A model generated the notes under the pieces. It worked only from the letters and a program-made list of their open reading frames with translations, ran no database searches and was not told where the DNA came from. From Candidatus Micrarchaeota archaeon (lineage in GTDB: Archaea > Micrarchaeota > Micrarchaeia > Burarchaeales > Fermentimicrarchaeaceae): a stretch of 55,717 bases of DNA. Position numbers and translations under genes: made by a program. Where the stretch lies: NCBI GenBank assembly GCA_026396385.1, contig JAPLWV010000026.1, positions 1 through 55,717 of the forward strand, given 5' to 3'. The first letter of the stretch is position 1. Every line of letters starts with the position of its first letter. Of the stretch, positions 1 through 8,159 are shown in pieces.

Positions 1-110
1 GCAAGGTAATATGCACAGGCTGCAAGAATGAGGGAGAAGTGAAGTATGCCCTGGAGCGGGCGATAAAGCTACTGGCTTCCCATGCAAAACCTCTGCCAGT
101 CCCCAAGAAG
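1..110 (+). repeat. Direct repeat copy 1 (>=110 bp; partner 1718-1827)
   Basis: Manual alignment, 107/110 identical. Confidence 0.95.
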
Positions 111-116
111 GGATAG
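1..116 (+). CDS. 3' end of a TBP-repeat gene (partial; near-identical second copy of 1525-1830)
   Basis: Bases 1-110 match 1718-1827 with 3 mismatches; reads KVICTGCKNEGEVKYALERAIKLLASHAKPLPVPKKG* (TAG 114-116); 5' part lies outside the window. Confidence 0.8.
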   Translation, partial: KVICTGCKNEGEVKYALERAIKLLASHAKPLPVPKKG

Positions 117-124
117 CCCCATGT

Positions 125-145
125 AAAGCAATCTTAATATACTCA
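125..145 (+). promoter_or_regulatory. Motif A copy (BRE/TATA-like AAAGCAATCTTAATATA)
   Basis: 126-145 is identical to 2567-2586; related copies at 1274, 1446, 4778 and 5909. Confidence 0.65.
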
Positions 146-218
146 CTATACAAGTATCTAATAGAGTGAGTGCAAGAGTGAGTGCATGCTGGATGATTTT
201 GGAAGAAAGAAAAGTATA

Positions 219-1178
219 TCATTTTTGTTCTGCGTTAAAAATGTCATTTCTTACAAAAGTTTTTCCATTGAAAGCAATTGGAATTCCTTCTCCCAACCTA
301 TTTTCTGCATGAATGTGCAGATGCGGTCCGGTTGTTCTTCCTGAGTTGCCTATTTTTCCCAGAGGCTGTCCAGTTGTAACCAACTCTCCTTCAAGAACAA
401 GCAAACTCCCTTTTTTAAAATGAATAAGACTAACTCTCGCCCCCGAACAATCCAAAATAACATGATTCCCGCCAGGTTCTTTTTCATTTCTTTGCATAAT
501 TGGCATATCCTCTGAAAGATTATTTGTCTCAAAAACAATTCCACTGCACGGCGCATAAACTGTTTCATCAAAAATATAATAATCAGACAAATTGCTTGAA
601 AAGAATCCTTTTCCCATAAATCCAAGAGAATCTATTTTAATTATGTCATACGCATATTTCTGTGATTTAGATTCATGATGACTATTTAATGCAGCATTGC
701 TTCCTGCTTCCGCAAAAAAATATTGCCCCCCTTTCAAAGGAAACTCAAGTTGTACTGCCTCCACAGGATAGAACTGCGCGTTAAAGCAAGTAATAGCGGT
801 AAGCAAAAACAAAACTGCCATTATTAGTAAACAAGCATAATAAAAATAATCTTTGATTCCAAGTTTCTTAAATAAAGGAAGTTTTTTTGCATTTCTTGGA
901 AGTTTTGTCTTTAATTGGATCATCCATACTTTTTGAAAAGAATAAATACTGGCAATCAAAAACACTATTGGAAAAAAGTATCTTAAATAATAATTGATTC
1001 CAGCCCAAGGAAGTAAAAAATAAACCCAGATAATGGATGAAGCACTAAAAATAAAACGCACAATCCAATCAACTTTTGATTCATTTTTACCGACAATTTG
1101 CCACAGAATAAGCAAAAGTGGAAAAACCAGTGAAAACAAATAGAATGGAGCAAGTTCAGATATTGCAGTAAAATCCAT
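219..1178 (-). CDS. Membrane-anchored M23 family metallopeptidase
   Basis: N-terminal TM helices; C-terminal motifs YAYD, GNHVIL, IHFKKGS, IGNSGRTTGPHLHIH; start moved to ATG 1178 (MDFTAIS); AT-rich. Confidence 0.85.
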   Translation of the reverse strand: MDFTAISELAPFYLFSLVFPLLLILWQIVGKNESKVDWIVRFIFSASSIIWVYFLLPWAGINYYLRYFFPIVFLIASIYSFQKVWMIQLKTKLPRNAKKLPLFKKLGIKDYFYYACLLIMAVLFLLTAITCFNAQFYPVEAVQLEFPLKGGQYFFAEAGSNAALNSHHESKSQKYAYDIIKIDSLGFMGKGFFSSNLSDYYIFDETVYAPCSGIVFETNNLSEDMPIMQRNEKEPGGNHVILDCSGARVSLIHFKKGSLLVLEGELVTTGQPLGKIGNSGRTTGPHLHIHAENRLGEGIPIAFNGKTFVRNDIFNAEQK

Positions 1179-1209
1179 ATAGGCTAATAACTCTAAAAAC
1201 GTATAAAAG

Positions 1210-1236
1210 ATTATGCCTTTTCCGATATTTAAGCTT
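1210..1236 (-). promoter_or_regulatory. 27-bp promoter element identical to 4791-4817
   Basis: Reverse complement AAGCTTAAATATCGGAAAAGGCATAAT matches 4791-4817 exactly; lies upstream of the M23 gene. Confidence 0.75.
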
Positions 1237-1273
1237 TTTATTCTACGTAAGCCAGCGGCGTGCACCTCTCTTC

Positions 1274-1290
1274 AAGCCAAAGCAATCTTA
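1274..1290 (+). promoter_or_regulatory. Motif A copy
   Basis: AAGCCAAAGCAATCTTA. Confidence 0.6.
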
Positions 1291-1445
1291 GAATAGGCCT
1301 TGCCTCTTTCTATCTTTTCCCGTTTTTCTCAGTTTCTTGTGTTGTAAGTTTTGATATGGCTTGCCAAATCTTTGTGCCTGTGTTTTGGTCATAAAACCAT
1401 CTATCAATAGTTGCTGAAAGAGGTATATTAACATTTTGGGGCAAA

Positions 1446-1468
1446 TGAAGCCAAAGCAATCTTAAAAT
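1446..1468 (+). promoter_or_regulatory. Motif A copy upstream of half-TBP gene
   Basis: TGAAGCCAAAGCAATCTTAAAAT. Confidence 0.65.
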
Positions 1469-1524
1469 TAGTCCATTAAAGGCTTGGTTATAAAGGAGTA
1501 GAGGAATAGAATATAGGTGTTTCA

Positions 1525-1830
1525 TTGACAAAGAAACTCACAATTGACTCAGCGTTCAAGATAGAGAACATAGTAGCTTCAGCCAATTTGGGAGTGGAGC
1601 TTGACCTTTATACCATTGCCAGCAAAATCAGGAACATAGAGTATGAGCCAGAGCAGTTCCCAGGGGCAATTCTTAAGCTGAAAGAACCAAAGGCATCTCT
1701 TCTGCTCTTCAAGAACGGCAAGGTAATATGCACAGGCTGCAAGAATGAGAGAGAAGTGAAGTATGCCCTGGAGCGGGCGATAAAGCTTCTGGCTTCCTAT
1801 GCAAAACCTCTGCCAGTCCCCAAGAAGTGA
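1525..1830 (+). CDS. Single-repeat TATA-binding-protein-like protein (half-TBP)
   Basis: IENIVASANL..LDL..IA..EYEPEQFPGAI.K..EPKASLLLFKNGKVICTG is one TBP repeat; 101 aa; TTG start after SD-like GGTGTT. Confidence 0.9.
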   Translation: MTKKLTIDSAFKIENIVASANLGVELDLYTIASKIRNIEYEPEQFPGAILKLKEPKASLLLFKNGKVICTGCKNEREVKYALERAIKLLASYAKPLPVPKK

Positions 1831-1834
1831 GCAG

Positions 1835-2266
1835 ATGACAATAATCGGGAACAAAAGCAAATTGGCAAACTCGGAGATATGCCAAAGATGTGCCAAGTGT
1901 TGCAAGGAATATACTCTATACGATACTTTAGACTCCGCACTTAGGTTTAGATGGATGCTCGATAATACAATTATCACAGAGATCACAGAGGACACGCCTT
2001 TTACATTTGGGGATGGACTCGACATGAAGCAGATAACATTCAAAAAAGAGTGTGCTAAACTATATATGAAAGACGGAAAATATTACTGCTCGGTTTGGGA
2101 TAAGGAAAGACCTGATTTCTGTGCTATCGGCCCAGATAACTTATTTAGAGGAGTAGAAAAATGGAACAGGGAAAAGATACAGAAGATAATAGACTTTGAA
2201 AAAAAGGACTGCCCAATTTTTGAAACGATAACTGTTGATGAGGTAATTAAAAAATTGTGGAAGTGA
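1835..2266 (+). CDS. YkgJ-like CxxCxxCC cysteine-cluster protein
   Basis: CQRCAKCC...CAKL....YYCSVW..RPDFC pattern; start ATG 1835. Confidence 0.75.
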   Translation: MTIIGNKSKLANSEICQRCAKCCKEYTLYDTLDSALRFRWMLDNTIITEITEDTPFTFGDGLDMKQITFKKECAKLYMKDGKYYCSVWDKERPDFCAIGPDNLFRGVEKWNREKIQKIIDFEKKDCPIFETITVDEVIKKLWK

Positions 2267-2329
2267 AATCATGACGAAACAAAAAGATGAATTAACAAAA
2301 AAAGAAGTTAAAAAATAGAGGTGGTATAA

Positions 2330-2452
2330 ATGAAAGCTCCAACAGGTTGCATTTATAAGCGGGAAAAGAAGCGGAGGGCTAGGTATAAGGCATTTATTCT
2401 TCCTGACGGAACGGTTGGAACTAGAAAGATAAAAAAGGTGGTCTGTTATTAA
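2330..2452 (+). CDS. Small basic 40-aa hypothetical protein
   Basis: SD GAGGTGG upstream; MKAPTGCIYKREKKRRARYKAFILPDGTVGTRKIKKVVCY*; below ORF-track size cutoff. Confidence 0.4.
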   Translation: MKAPTGCIYKREKKRRARYKAFILPDGTVGTRKIKKVVCY

Positions 2453-2566
2453 AGAGTGCATTAAGGTTCTTGACTATTTCAGTTCAAAGCTACAGCTGGG
2501 CATTAACATTTCAGTTCAGGATGCCAAGGACGAGAAGCTGTTTTTGAGTTCAGATTCCAACTTCCG

Positions 2567-2586
2567 AAGCAATCTTAATATACTCA
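2567..2586 (+). promoter_or_regulatory. Motif A copy
   Basis: AAGCAATCTTAATATACTCA, identical to 126-145. Confidence 0.6.
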
Positions 2587-2607
2587 TTAACAGATTCGTC
2601 CTGCTGT

Positions 2608-2632
2608 TTTAAATATTCAAAATGAGCAATTT
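2608..2632 (+). promoter_or_regulatory. Motif B promoter (TATA + AAATGAGCAATTT)
   Basis: TTTAAATATTCAAAATGAGCAATTT, 13 nt before ATG 2646. Confidence 0.85.
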
Positions 2633-2645
2633 AATAGGCGAACTT

Positions 2646-4739
2646 ATGGTAGAGGAGAAAAATAAGAAACCGCCTGTGACAACGGTCGACTCTAAGGAGA
2701 TACAAAAAGAAGTTGCAAAGCTGCCTATCCAAATGGGGCCAAAGGAGAAAAGTATAAAACAGGAAATCCCGGAGCCTAGGATAAAGGACGTTAAGGGACT
2801 CTCTCAAGAAACAAGGGAACTTTACGAGTCAGTATTAGAAAAAATAAAGCTTGAAAAAAATGATAAGAACATCCTCCTTCTCGATAAATTGGCTGAAGCA
2901 TCACGCGAAGCAGGCTTCAACCAGCATGGCCTATTCAAGAATGCACTTCCAGAACTGACAGGAGTGATAAATAATACTGAAGATTTGAAAGAAATTGCGA
3001 AACTTGGAGAGGCGGCATGCAAGGCGGGTATTAATCCATCTGAAATATTCACATATGCACTGCCTGCACTGGCAGGAATTATAAGGAATTCAGAAGATTT
3101 GAAAGAAATTGTCAAGTTAGGAGAGGCAGCATATGAAGCAGGCTTCGATGCGCGTAAACTATTCAAATATGGACTGCCTCCACTGGCAGAAGCAGGGCTG
3201 ATAAAGAATAGTGACTATTTGAAGGAAATTGTAAGACTTGGGGAGGTGTCATACAAAGCAGACTTCGATCCATGCAGTCTATTCGAACATGCGCTTCCGT
3301 TAATGGCAGAAGCAGGGCTGATAAGGAATACAGAAGATTTGAAAGAAATTGTGAAATTGAGAGAGGCGGCATGCAAAGCAGGCTTCCATCAATCTGACAT
3401 ATTCAGATATGCGCTCCCTGCAATGGCAAAAGCAGGGCTGATAGAGAATACGGAAGACTTGAGGGAAGTTGTGAAATTGGGGAAGGCGTCATACGAAGCA
3501 GGCTTCGATCCATCCGACATATTCACAAATGCGCTTCCGGCAATGTTAGAAGCAGGGCTGATAGAGAATACGGAGGATTTGAAAGAACTTGTAAGGCTGG
3601 GAGAAGTATCATATGAAGCAGGCTTCAATCCATCTGACATATTCAAATATGCGCTTCCGGAAATGGTGGGGGCAGGGCTGATAGAGAGTATGGAAGATTT
3701 GAAAGAAATTGTGAAATTGGGGGAGGCAGCATGCAAAGCAAGCATCAATCCATGTAGTATATTCGAACATACACTGCCTGCGCTGGCAGAAGCAGGAAAG
3801 ATAGAGAATACAGAGGATATGAAGATTATGGGGTATGAGCTGGTAAAGCTCGGGGAGGCGGCACGCAAAGCAGGCTTCAATCCATCTTCCTTATTTGAGC
3901 ACGTGCTACCTGCACTGGCAAAGGCGGGAATCATAAAGGATAAAGAATATTTGAAGGAAATTGTAAGACTTGGGGAAGTATCATACGAAGCAGGCTTCGA
4001 TCCATATCAGGTATTCAAATATGCGCTCCCTGCAATGGCAGAAGCAGGGCTGATAAAGAATACAGAAGATTTGAAAGAAATTGTGAAATTGAGAGAGGCG
4101 GCATGCAAAGCAGACTTCAATCCGTCTCACCTATTTGAACATGCACTGCCTGCACTGGCAGAGGCAGTAAAGATAGAAAATACGGAGGATATGGGAGTTA
4201 TAGGAAATGAACTGGTAAAGCTTGGGGAGGCGGCACGCAAAGCAGGCTTCAATCCATCTCCACTATTCGAGTACGTAGTACCCGCATTGGCGAGAGGAAG
4301 AGTTGTAAAGAATAGTGAATATCTGAAGGAAGTTGTGAAGCTGGGGGAGGCAGCATACGAGGCGGGCATAGATCCAACTAAACTATTCGAGTATGCGCTT
4401 CCTCCACTGGGAGGAATGATAGATAATATTGAAGATTTGAAAGAGATTGTGAAGCTGGGAGAGGCGGCATGCAAAGCAGACTTCAATCCATCCCCGATAT
4501 TTGAATATGCAGTACCCGCATTGGCGAGAGCAGGGCTGGTGGATAATATTGACTATTTGAAAGAACTTGTGAAACTGGGGGAGGCAGCATATGAAGCAGG
4601 TATCAATCCATATAAGCTGTTTAGATATACGCTCCCGGCAATGGCAAGGGCAGGAAAGATAGATAATACAGAAGAACTGAGAGTTAGAGGGGATGAACTG
4701 ATAAAGCGGGAAGCATCACGCAATGGATCGAATCAATGA
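2646..4739 (+). CDS. Tandem-repeat alpha-solenoid protein (15 repeats of ~36-43 aa)
   Basis: Repeat consensus LKEIVKLGEAA[CY][KE]AGF[ND]PxxIFxYALPAxAEAGLIxNTED; start ATG 2646 (MVEEK) preferred over the ATG inside motif B. Confidence 0.85.
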   Translation: MVEEKNKKPPVTTVDSKEIQKEVAKLPIQMGPKEKSIKQEIPEPRIKDVKGLSQETRELYESVLEKIKLEKNDKNILLLDKLAEASREAGFNQHGLFKNALPELTGVINNTEDLKEIAKLGEAACKAGINPSEIFTYALPALAGIIRNSEDLKEIVKLGEAAYEAGFDARKLFKYGLPPLAEAGLIKNSDYLKEIVRLGEVSYKADFDPCSLFEHALPLMAEAGLIRNTEDLKEIVKLREAACKAGFHQSDIFRYALPAMAKAGLIENTEDLREVVKLGKASYEAGFDPSDIFTNALPAMLEAGLIENTEDLKELVRLGEVSYEAGFNPSDIFKYALPEMVGAGLIESMEDLKEIVKLGEAACKASINPCSIFEHTLPALAEAGKIENTEDMKIMGYELVKLGEAARKAGFNPSSLFEHVLPALAKAGIIKDKEYLKEIVRLGEVSYEAGFDPYQVFKYALPAMAEAGLIKNTEDLKEIVKLREAACKADFNPSHLFEHALPALAEAVKIENTEDMGVIGNELVKLGEAARKAGFNPSPLFEYVVPALARGRVVKNSEYLKEVVKLGEAAYEAGIDPTKLFEYALPPLGGMIDNIEDLKEIVKLGEAACKADFNPSPIFEYAVPALARAGLVDNIDYLKELVKLGEAAYEAGINPYKLFRYTLPAMARAGKIDNTEELRVRGDELIKREASRNGSNQ

Positions 4740-4777
4740 TTTAATCCTGCAACACCGGAACTGACAGACCCAGTAGC

Positions 4778-4817
4778 ATGAAGCCAAAGCAAGCTTAAAT
4801 ATCGGAAAAGGCATAAT
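4778..4817 (+). promoter_or_regulatory. Motif A-type promoter of the AbrB-repeat gene
   Basis: ATGAAGCCAAAGCAAGCTTAAATATCGGAAAAGGCATAAT, just upstream of ATG 4824. Confidence 0.7.
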
Positions 4818-4823
4818 TTAATC

Positions 4824-5888
4824 ATGCTCAAGACAAGAGAGTATCAAGGACTGCCTGAAGCCGGGAATAAAGTGCAGGCGGAATTCCTGAAGGCTGCAGA
4901 AACCACACGCAGGATAGAGGAGTTTTCCAGGCACGTGGGTTCGGAAGAAATAATCAAAAGGGTACACGACAAACACGGCAGATTCATATTCCTAGACAAA
5001 GAAACTGTTTCAAAACTGCAGCTGAGAGCAAAGATGTCGTGCAAATGGGAAGAGGCGGGAGACTCCATTATGATGACTCCTCTGGAGAAAGCAGCAATTC
5101 AAGCGAAAATAATATTCAACCCTTCTAGCAATTCATTCATGGCAGTGCTTCCTAAGGGCATGCAGCCTGCGCAGCAATTCAAAGCCGGGGATGACGTGGA
5201 GTGGAGCTATGAGGGAAGGAGCCGGCTCTCGCTGGAAAAAGTGCTCTATCCTGGTATAATTCCCATCGTAACACTTAGCAGCGGCGGAAAGCACGGGACA
5301 GTCAGCCTACCTAAAAATATGGCTCTTGCGCTGGGGCTTGGGGGAAAGAAGCTGTGCGAATGGAATGAAGAGGGGAATTGCCTGATAATAACTCCTCTGG
5401 AGTTCAAAAAAAAGGACCAGCTCGTATCAAAAATTACGGAAAATCACAAAAGAGTGAGGTTGTATATACCTAGAGCAGTACAGGGAGCCGTCCGGGAAGG
5501 CGATGAAGTCATCATCAAGGGCATGGGGGACGGGAAGCTCTACATGTGGCGAATGGAAGACTTTCCCGGAGAGACTGGAGACAAGCTGCGCAACATCACA
5601 AAGATAAGGGGTTATGGCAGCGACAGCCTGCAAGCAACCATTACAAATTCAATGGCAAAGGAACTGAAAATCGAGAATGGGATGCACGGAGTCTGGACTC
5701 TTCATAAGGGGGAGCTATGGCTTGAGCTGACGCATGAGAACCCGCATATTACCGCAGTGATAGAGGAGAGGACGCCCAAGCACATATTCAGCATCTACCT
5801 ACCAGATGATATCGGCAAATCCCTCAAGGAGGGAGACAGGATTACCCTGGAAGTGTGGTACGGGAAGCTTTACATCCAGAAGAAGTAA
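4824..5888 (+). CDS. Protein with ~6 tandem AbrB/MazE/SpoVT-like DNA-binding domains
   Basis: Repeated pattern hxLPKxh...hxxGDxhxW...xLxhxPh (e.g. VSLPKNMALALGL, LYIPRAVQGAVREGDEV, IYLPDDIGKSLKEGDRI). Confidence 0.7.
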   Translation: MLKTREYQGLPEAGNKVQAEFLKAAETTRRIEEFSRHVGSEEIIKRVHDKHGRFIFLDKETVSKLQLRAKMSCKWEEAGDSIMMTPLEKAAIQAKIIFNPSSNSFMAVLPKGMQPAQQFKAGDDVEWSYEGRSRLSLEKVLYPGIIPIVTLSSGGKHGTVSLPKNMALALGLGGKKLCEWNEEGNCLIITPLEFKKKDQLVSKITENHKRVRLYIPRAVQGAVREGDEVIIKGMGDGKLYMWRMEDFPGETGDKLRNITKIRGYGSDSLQATITNSMAKELKIENGMHGVWTLHKGELWLELTHENPHITAVIEERTPKHIFSIYLPDDIGKSLKEGDRITLEVWYGKLYIQKK

Positions 5889-5908
5889 GCGGCAAGGCTT
5901 GATGTAAA

Positions 5909-5933
5909 ATGAACCCAAAGCAATCTTAATATA
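5909..5933 (+). promoter_or_regulatory. Motif A promoter of the MBL hydrolase gene
   Basis: ATGAACCCAAAGCAATCTTAATATA, ~25 nt before ATG 5957. Confidence 0.7.
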
Positions 5934-5956
5934 TCTCCGAACATCAAGTATGACTG

Positions 5957-7393
5957 ATGGTCTCTTTAACATTCTTCGGCGGGGTCGGGGAGATAGGCGG
6001 CAACAAGATACTGCTGAAGGACAGGAAGACAAGGATATGGCTTGACTTCGGGATGAGCTTCTCCAAATCTGCCGAGTTCTACTCGGATTTTCTCGGTCCC
6101 AAGAAGTGCAATGGAATCGGGGATTACATCGAACTGGGGCTTGTCCCGGACATCAAGGGGCTTTACCGGGAGGACTACCTGAAGAAGATGGGCAGGGACA
6201 AGGAGGAAAGCGGGTTTGACGGGATCCTGCTCTCCCACGCGCATCTTGACCACAACGGGCATTTGGACCTCGTGAGGCCTGACATACCGCTATACTGCTC
6301 CCAGGGTTCGAAATGCATAATGGAGATGATTGACACAACAAGCGGCGGCGAGTTCCTGAGGGAAAAGGTAAGCTTCCGCTTCGTCCCGAAGAAGAGGGGG
6401 GAAGGTTTGAAGCGGCTGGACAGCAGGGAGCCTGAAGGGATTGTTGAGAGAGTTGTCAACGTGGTTGAAAAGCCGTTTAAAGTCGGGGATTTGGAAGTCA
6501 CGCCAATGCCTGTGGACCATTCCCTTCCGGGTGCATTGGCATTCGCAATAGAGACAAGCGAAGGTGCAGTCATCTACTCCGGGGATTTCAGGTTCCACGG
6601 CCTTAATGAGAAGAAGACAAGGGAATTCGTTGAAAAAGCCTCTGGGTTTGAGCCGGCTGCATTCATCTGCGAAGGAACCAGGATTGACAGCAACAAGACA
6701 GAGACTGAGAGGGATGTTTACAGCACGGTGACGAAGTTCTGCAAGGACTGCGAGGCCCTCATAATCGCAAACTACCCCCTCCGTGATACCGACAGGATGA
6801 CGACTTTCCTGAATGCTGCAAAGGACCATGACAGGAAGCTGGTGGTAAACCTGAAGCAGGCTTTCCTGCTTGATGCGTTCGGGAAGGCAGGGCAGGAAGC
6901 TCCAAGGCTGGAGGATGTCTCTATCTACATTCCGCGCAAGTCCTGGGGCCTGGTGACAGAAGACATGGATCCTGACCTGGTGCACGGTGATTATGAAACA
7001 TGGGAGTGCCAGTTTATTGATGCTGGCAACTCGATAACCTGCGAGGAGCTCAGGAAGAACCAAGATGAATATCTGTGGCACTGCGACTTCTTCGAGCTTA
7101 AGGAGCTTATTGACGTGAAGCCGATGAAGGCAAGCAAGTACGTGTGGAGCGTTACCGAGCCATTTGACGTGGTAATGGAGCTTGACGAGCAGATAGTGAT
7201 GAACTGGCTCGCGCATTTCAACATAACCGAGATAACCAGGTCGCATGTGTCCGGGCATGCAAACGGGCGGGATCTGAAGGAGACGATTGACGCGATTAAA
7301 CCGAAGAAGCTCTTTGCAGTGCATACGGAGCATCCTGAGATGTTTGAGAATGTGAGAGTGGTGGAGAAGGGGAAGGAGTGCGAGGTTGGGTGA
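5957..7393 (+). CDS. Metallo-beta-lactamase/beta-CASP ribonuclease (RNase J-like)
   Basis: GGVGEIGGN, LDFG, SHAHLDH, VDHS, YSGDFR, HVSGHA and VHTEH motifs. Confidence 0.88.
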   Translation: MVSLTFFGGVGEIGGNKILLKDRKTRIWLDFGMSFSKSAEFYSDFLGPKKCNGIGDYIELGLVPDIKGLYREDYLKKMGRDKEESGFDGILLSHAHLDHNGHLDLVRPDIPLYCSQGSKCIMEMIDTTSGGEFLREKVSFRFVPKKRGEGLKRLDSREPEGIVERVVNVVEKPFKVGDLEVTPMPVDHSLPGALAFAIETSEGAVIYSGDFRFHGLNEKKTREFVEKASGFEPAAFICEGTRIDSNKTETERDVYSTVTKFCKDCEALIIANYPLRDTDRMTTFLNAAKDHDRKLVVNLKQAFLLDAFGKAGQEAPRLEDVSIYIPRKSWGLVTEDMDPDLVHGDYETWECQFIDAGNSITCEELRKNQDEYLWHCDFFELKELIDVKPMKASKYVWSVTEPFDVVMELDEQIVMNWLAHFNITEITRSHVSGHANGRDLKETIDAIKPKKLFAVHTEHPEMFENVRVVEKGKECEVG

Positions 7394-7452
7394 GGGATGT
7401 AACCATGGTTACAATCGCAGTATTTGATTGACTGGTATTTCTATAAGGTGTT

Positions 7453-7782
7453 GTGAAGAGGAAATTTGAGTTTGAGGGTTATAATGCCGTTGTTGAGAAA
7501 GAGAGAATGAAGGGTGGGAGGGCGGATGTTGCGGTATTTCCTACTGAGAAAAGCCCCCATAAGAAGAGAATTGCAGTTGAAGTTACTTTTGAGTACAAGA
7601 ATGCTGTTTCTAATATAAAGAAAGATTTTAAAGATGGGTTTGATGAGGTAATAATATTATACGAGGAGGAGTATACTAAGAGCTTCGTGGAGTCACATAT
7701 TAAAATGGAACTTGAGAAAGAGGAGCAGGAGAGAGTAACGTTCGAGGATGTAAGAGGATATGCGGCATACGTGAGCGTGTGA
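7453..7782 (+). CDS. PD-(D/E)XK nuclease-like domain, possibly an N-truncated remnant
   Basis: E...GGRADVAV....IAVEV pattern; only 109 aa. Confidence 0.5.
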   Translation: MKRKFEFEGYNAVVEKERMKGGRADVAVFPTEKSPHKKRIAVEVTFEYKNAVSNIKKDFKDGFDEVIILYEEEYTKSFVESHIKMELEKEEQERVTFEDVRGYAAYVSV

Positions 7783-7791
7783 GGTGAACAG

Positions 7792-8157
7792 ATGGATTCA
7801 GAAGCTACTTTGGATGACTTAAAGAAGACCGTTAAAAAGTTTTGCGAAGATAGGGACTGGGATCAGTACCACAATGCGAAAGATTTAGCAATAGGGATTA
7901 TAACCGAATCATCAGAACTGTTGGAGCACTTCCGCTTCAAGTCAGAAAAGGAGATAGAGGAGATGTTCAAGGACTCAAGGAAAAAAAGTGAGATTTCAGA
8001 GGAGATGGCGGACGTATTCTACTTCCTCCTTAGACTGGCTCAGAAGTATGATATAGACCTCGGTTCTGAGCTGAGTAAGAAAATAGCACACAATGAGAAG
8101 AAATACCCAGTTGAAAAATCAAGAGGCTCTAATAAAAAATATACGGAGCTGCTGTAG
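7792..8157 (+). CDS. MazG-like nucleotide pyrophosphohydrolase
   Basis: RDWDQYHNAKDLAIGIITESSELLEHF, EEMADV, NEKKYP motifs; SD GAGGTG. Confidence 0.92.
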   Translation: MDSEATLDDLKKTVKKFCEDRDWDQYHNAKDLAIGIITESSELLEHFRFKSEKEIEEMFKDSRKKSEISEEMADVFYFLLRLAQKYDIDLGSELSKKIAHNEKKYPVEKSRGSNKKYTELL

Positions 8158-8159
8158 AT

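Noticed and set aside
2622..2645. ORF-track starts MSNL (2622) and MSNF (14190) suggesting a shared MSN N-terminus
   Set aside because: This ATG is part of motif B; in other copies (e.g. 12779) it is out of frame with the gene and at 15761 it is mutated, so the conservation is at DNA level
2822..4486. Long antisense ORFs over the repeat gene, and similar shadow ORFs over polD, leuS, tuf, mcm and others
   Set aside because: They overlap confidently assigned genes and show no motifs; explained by codon bias
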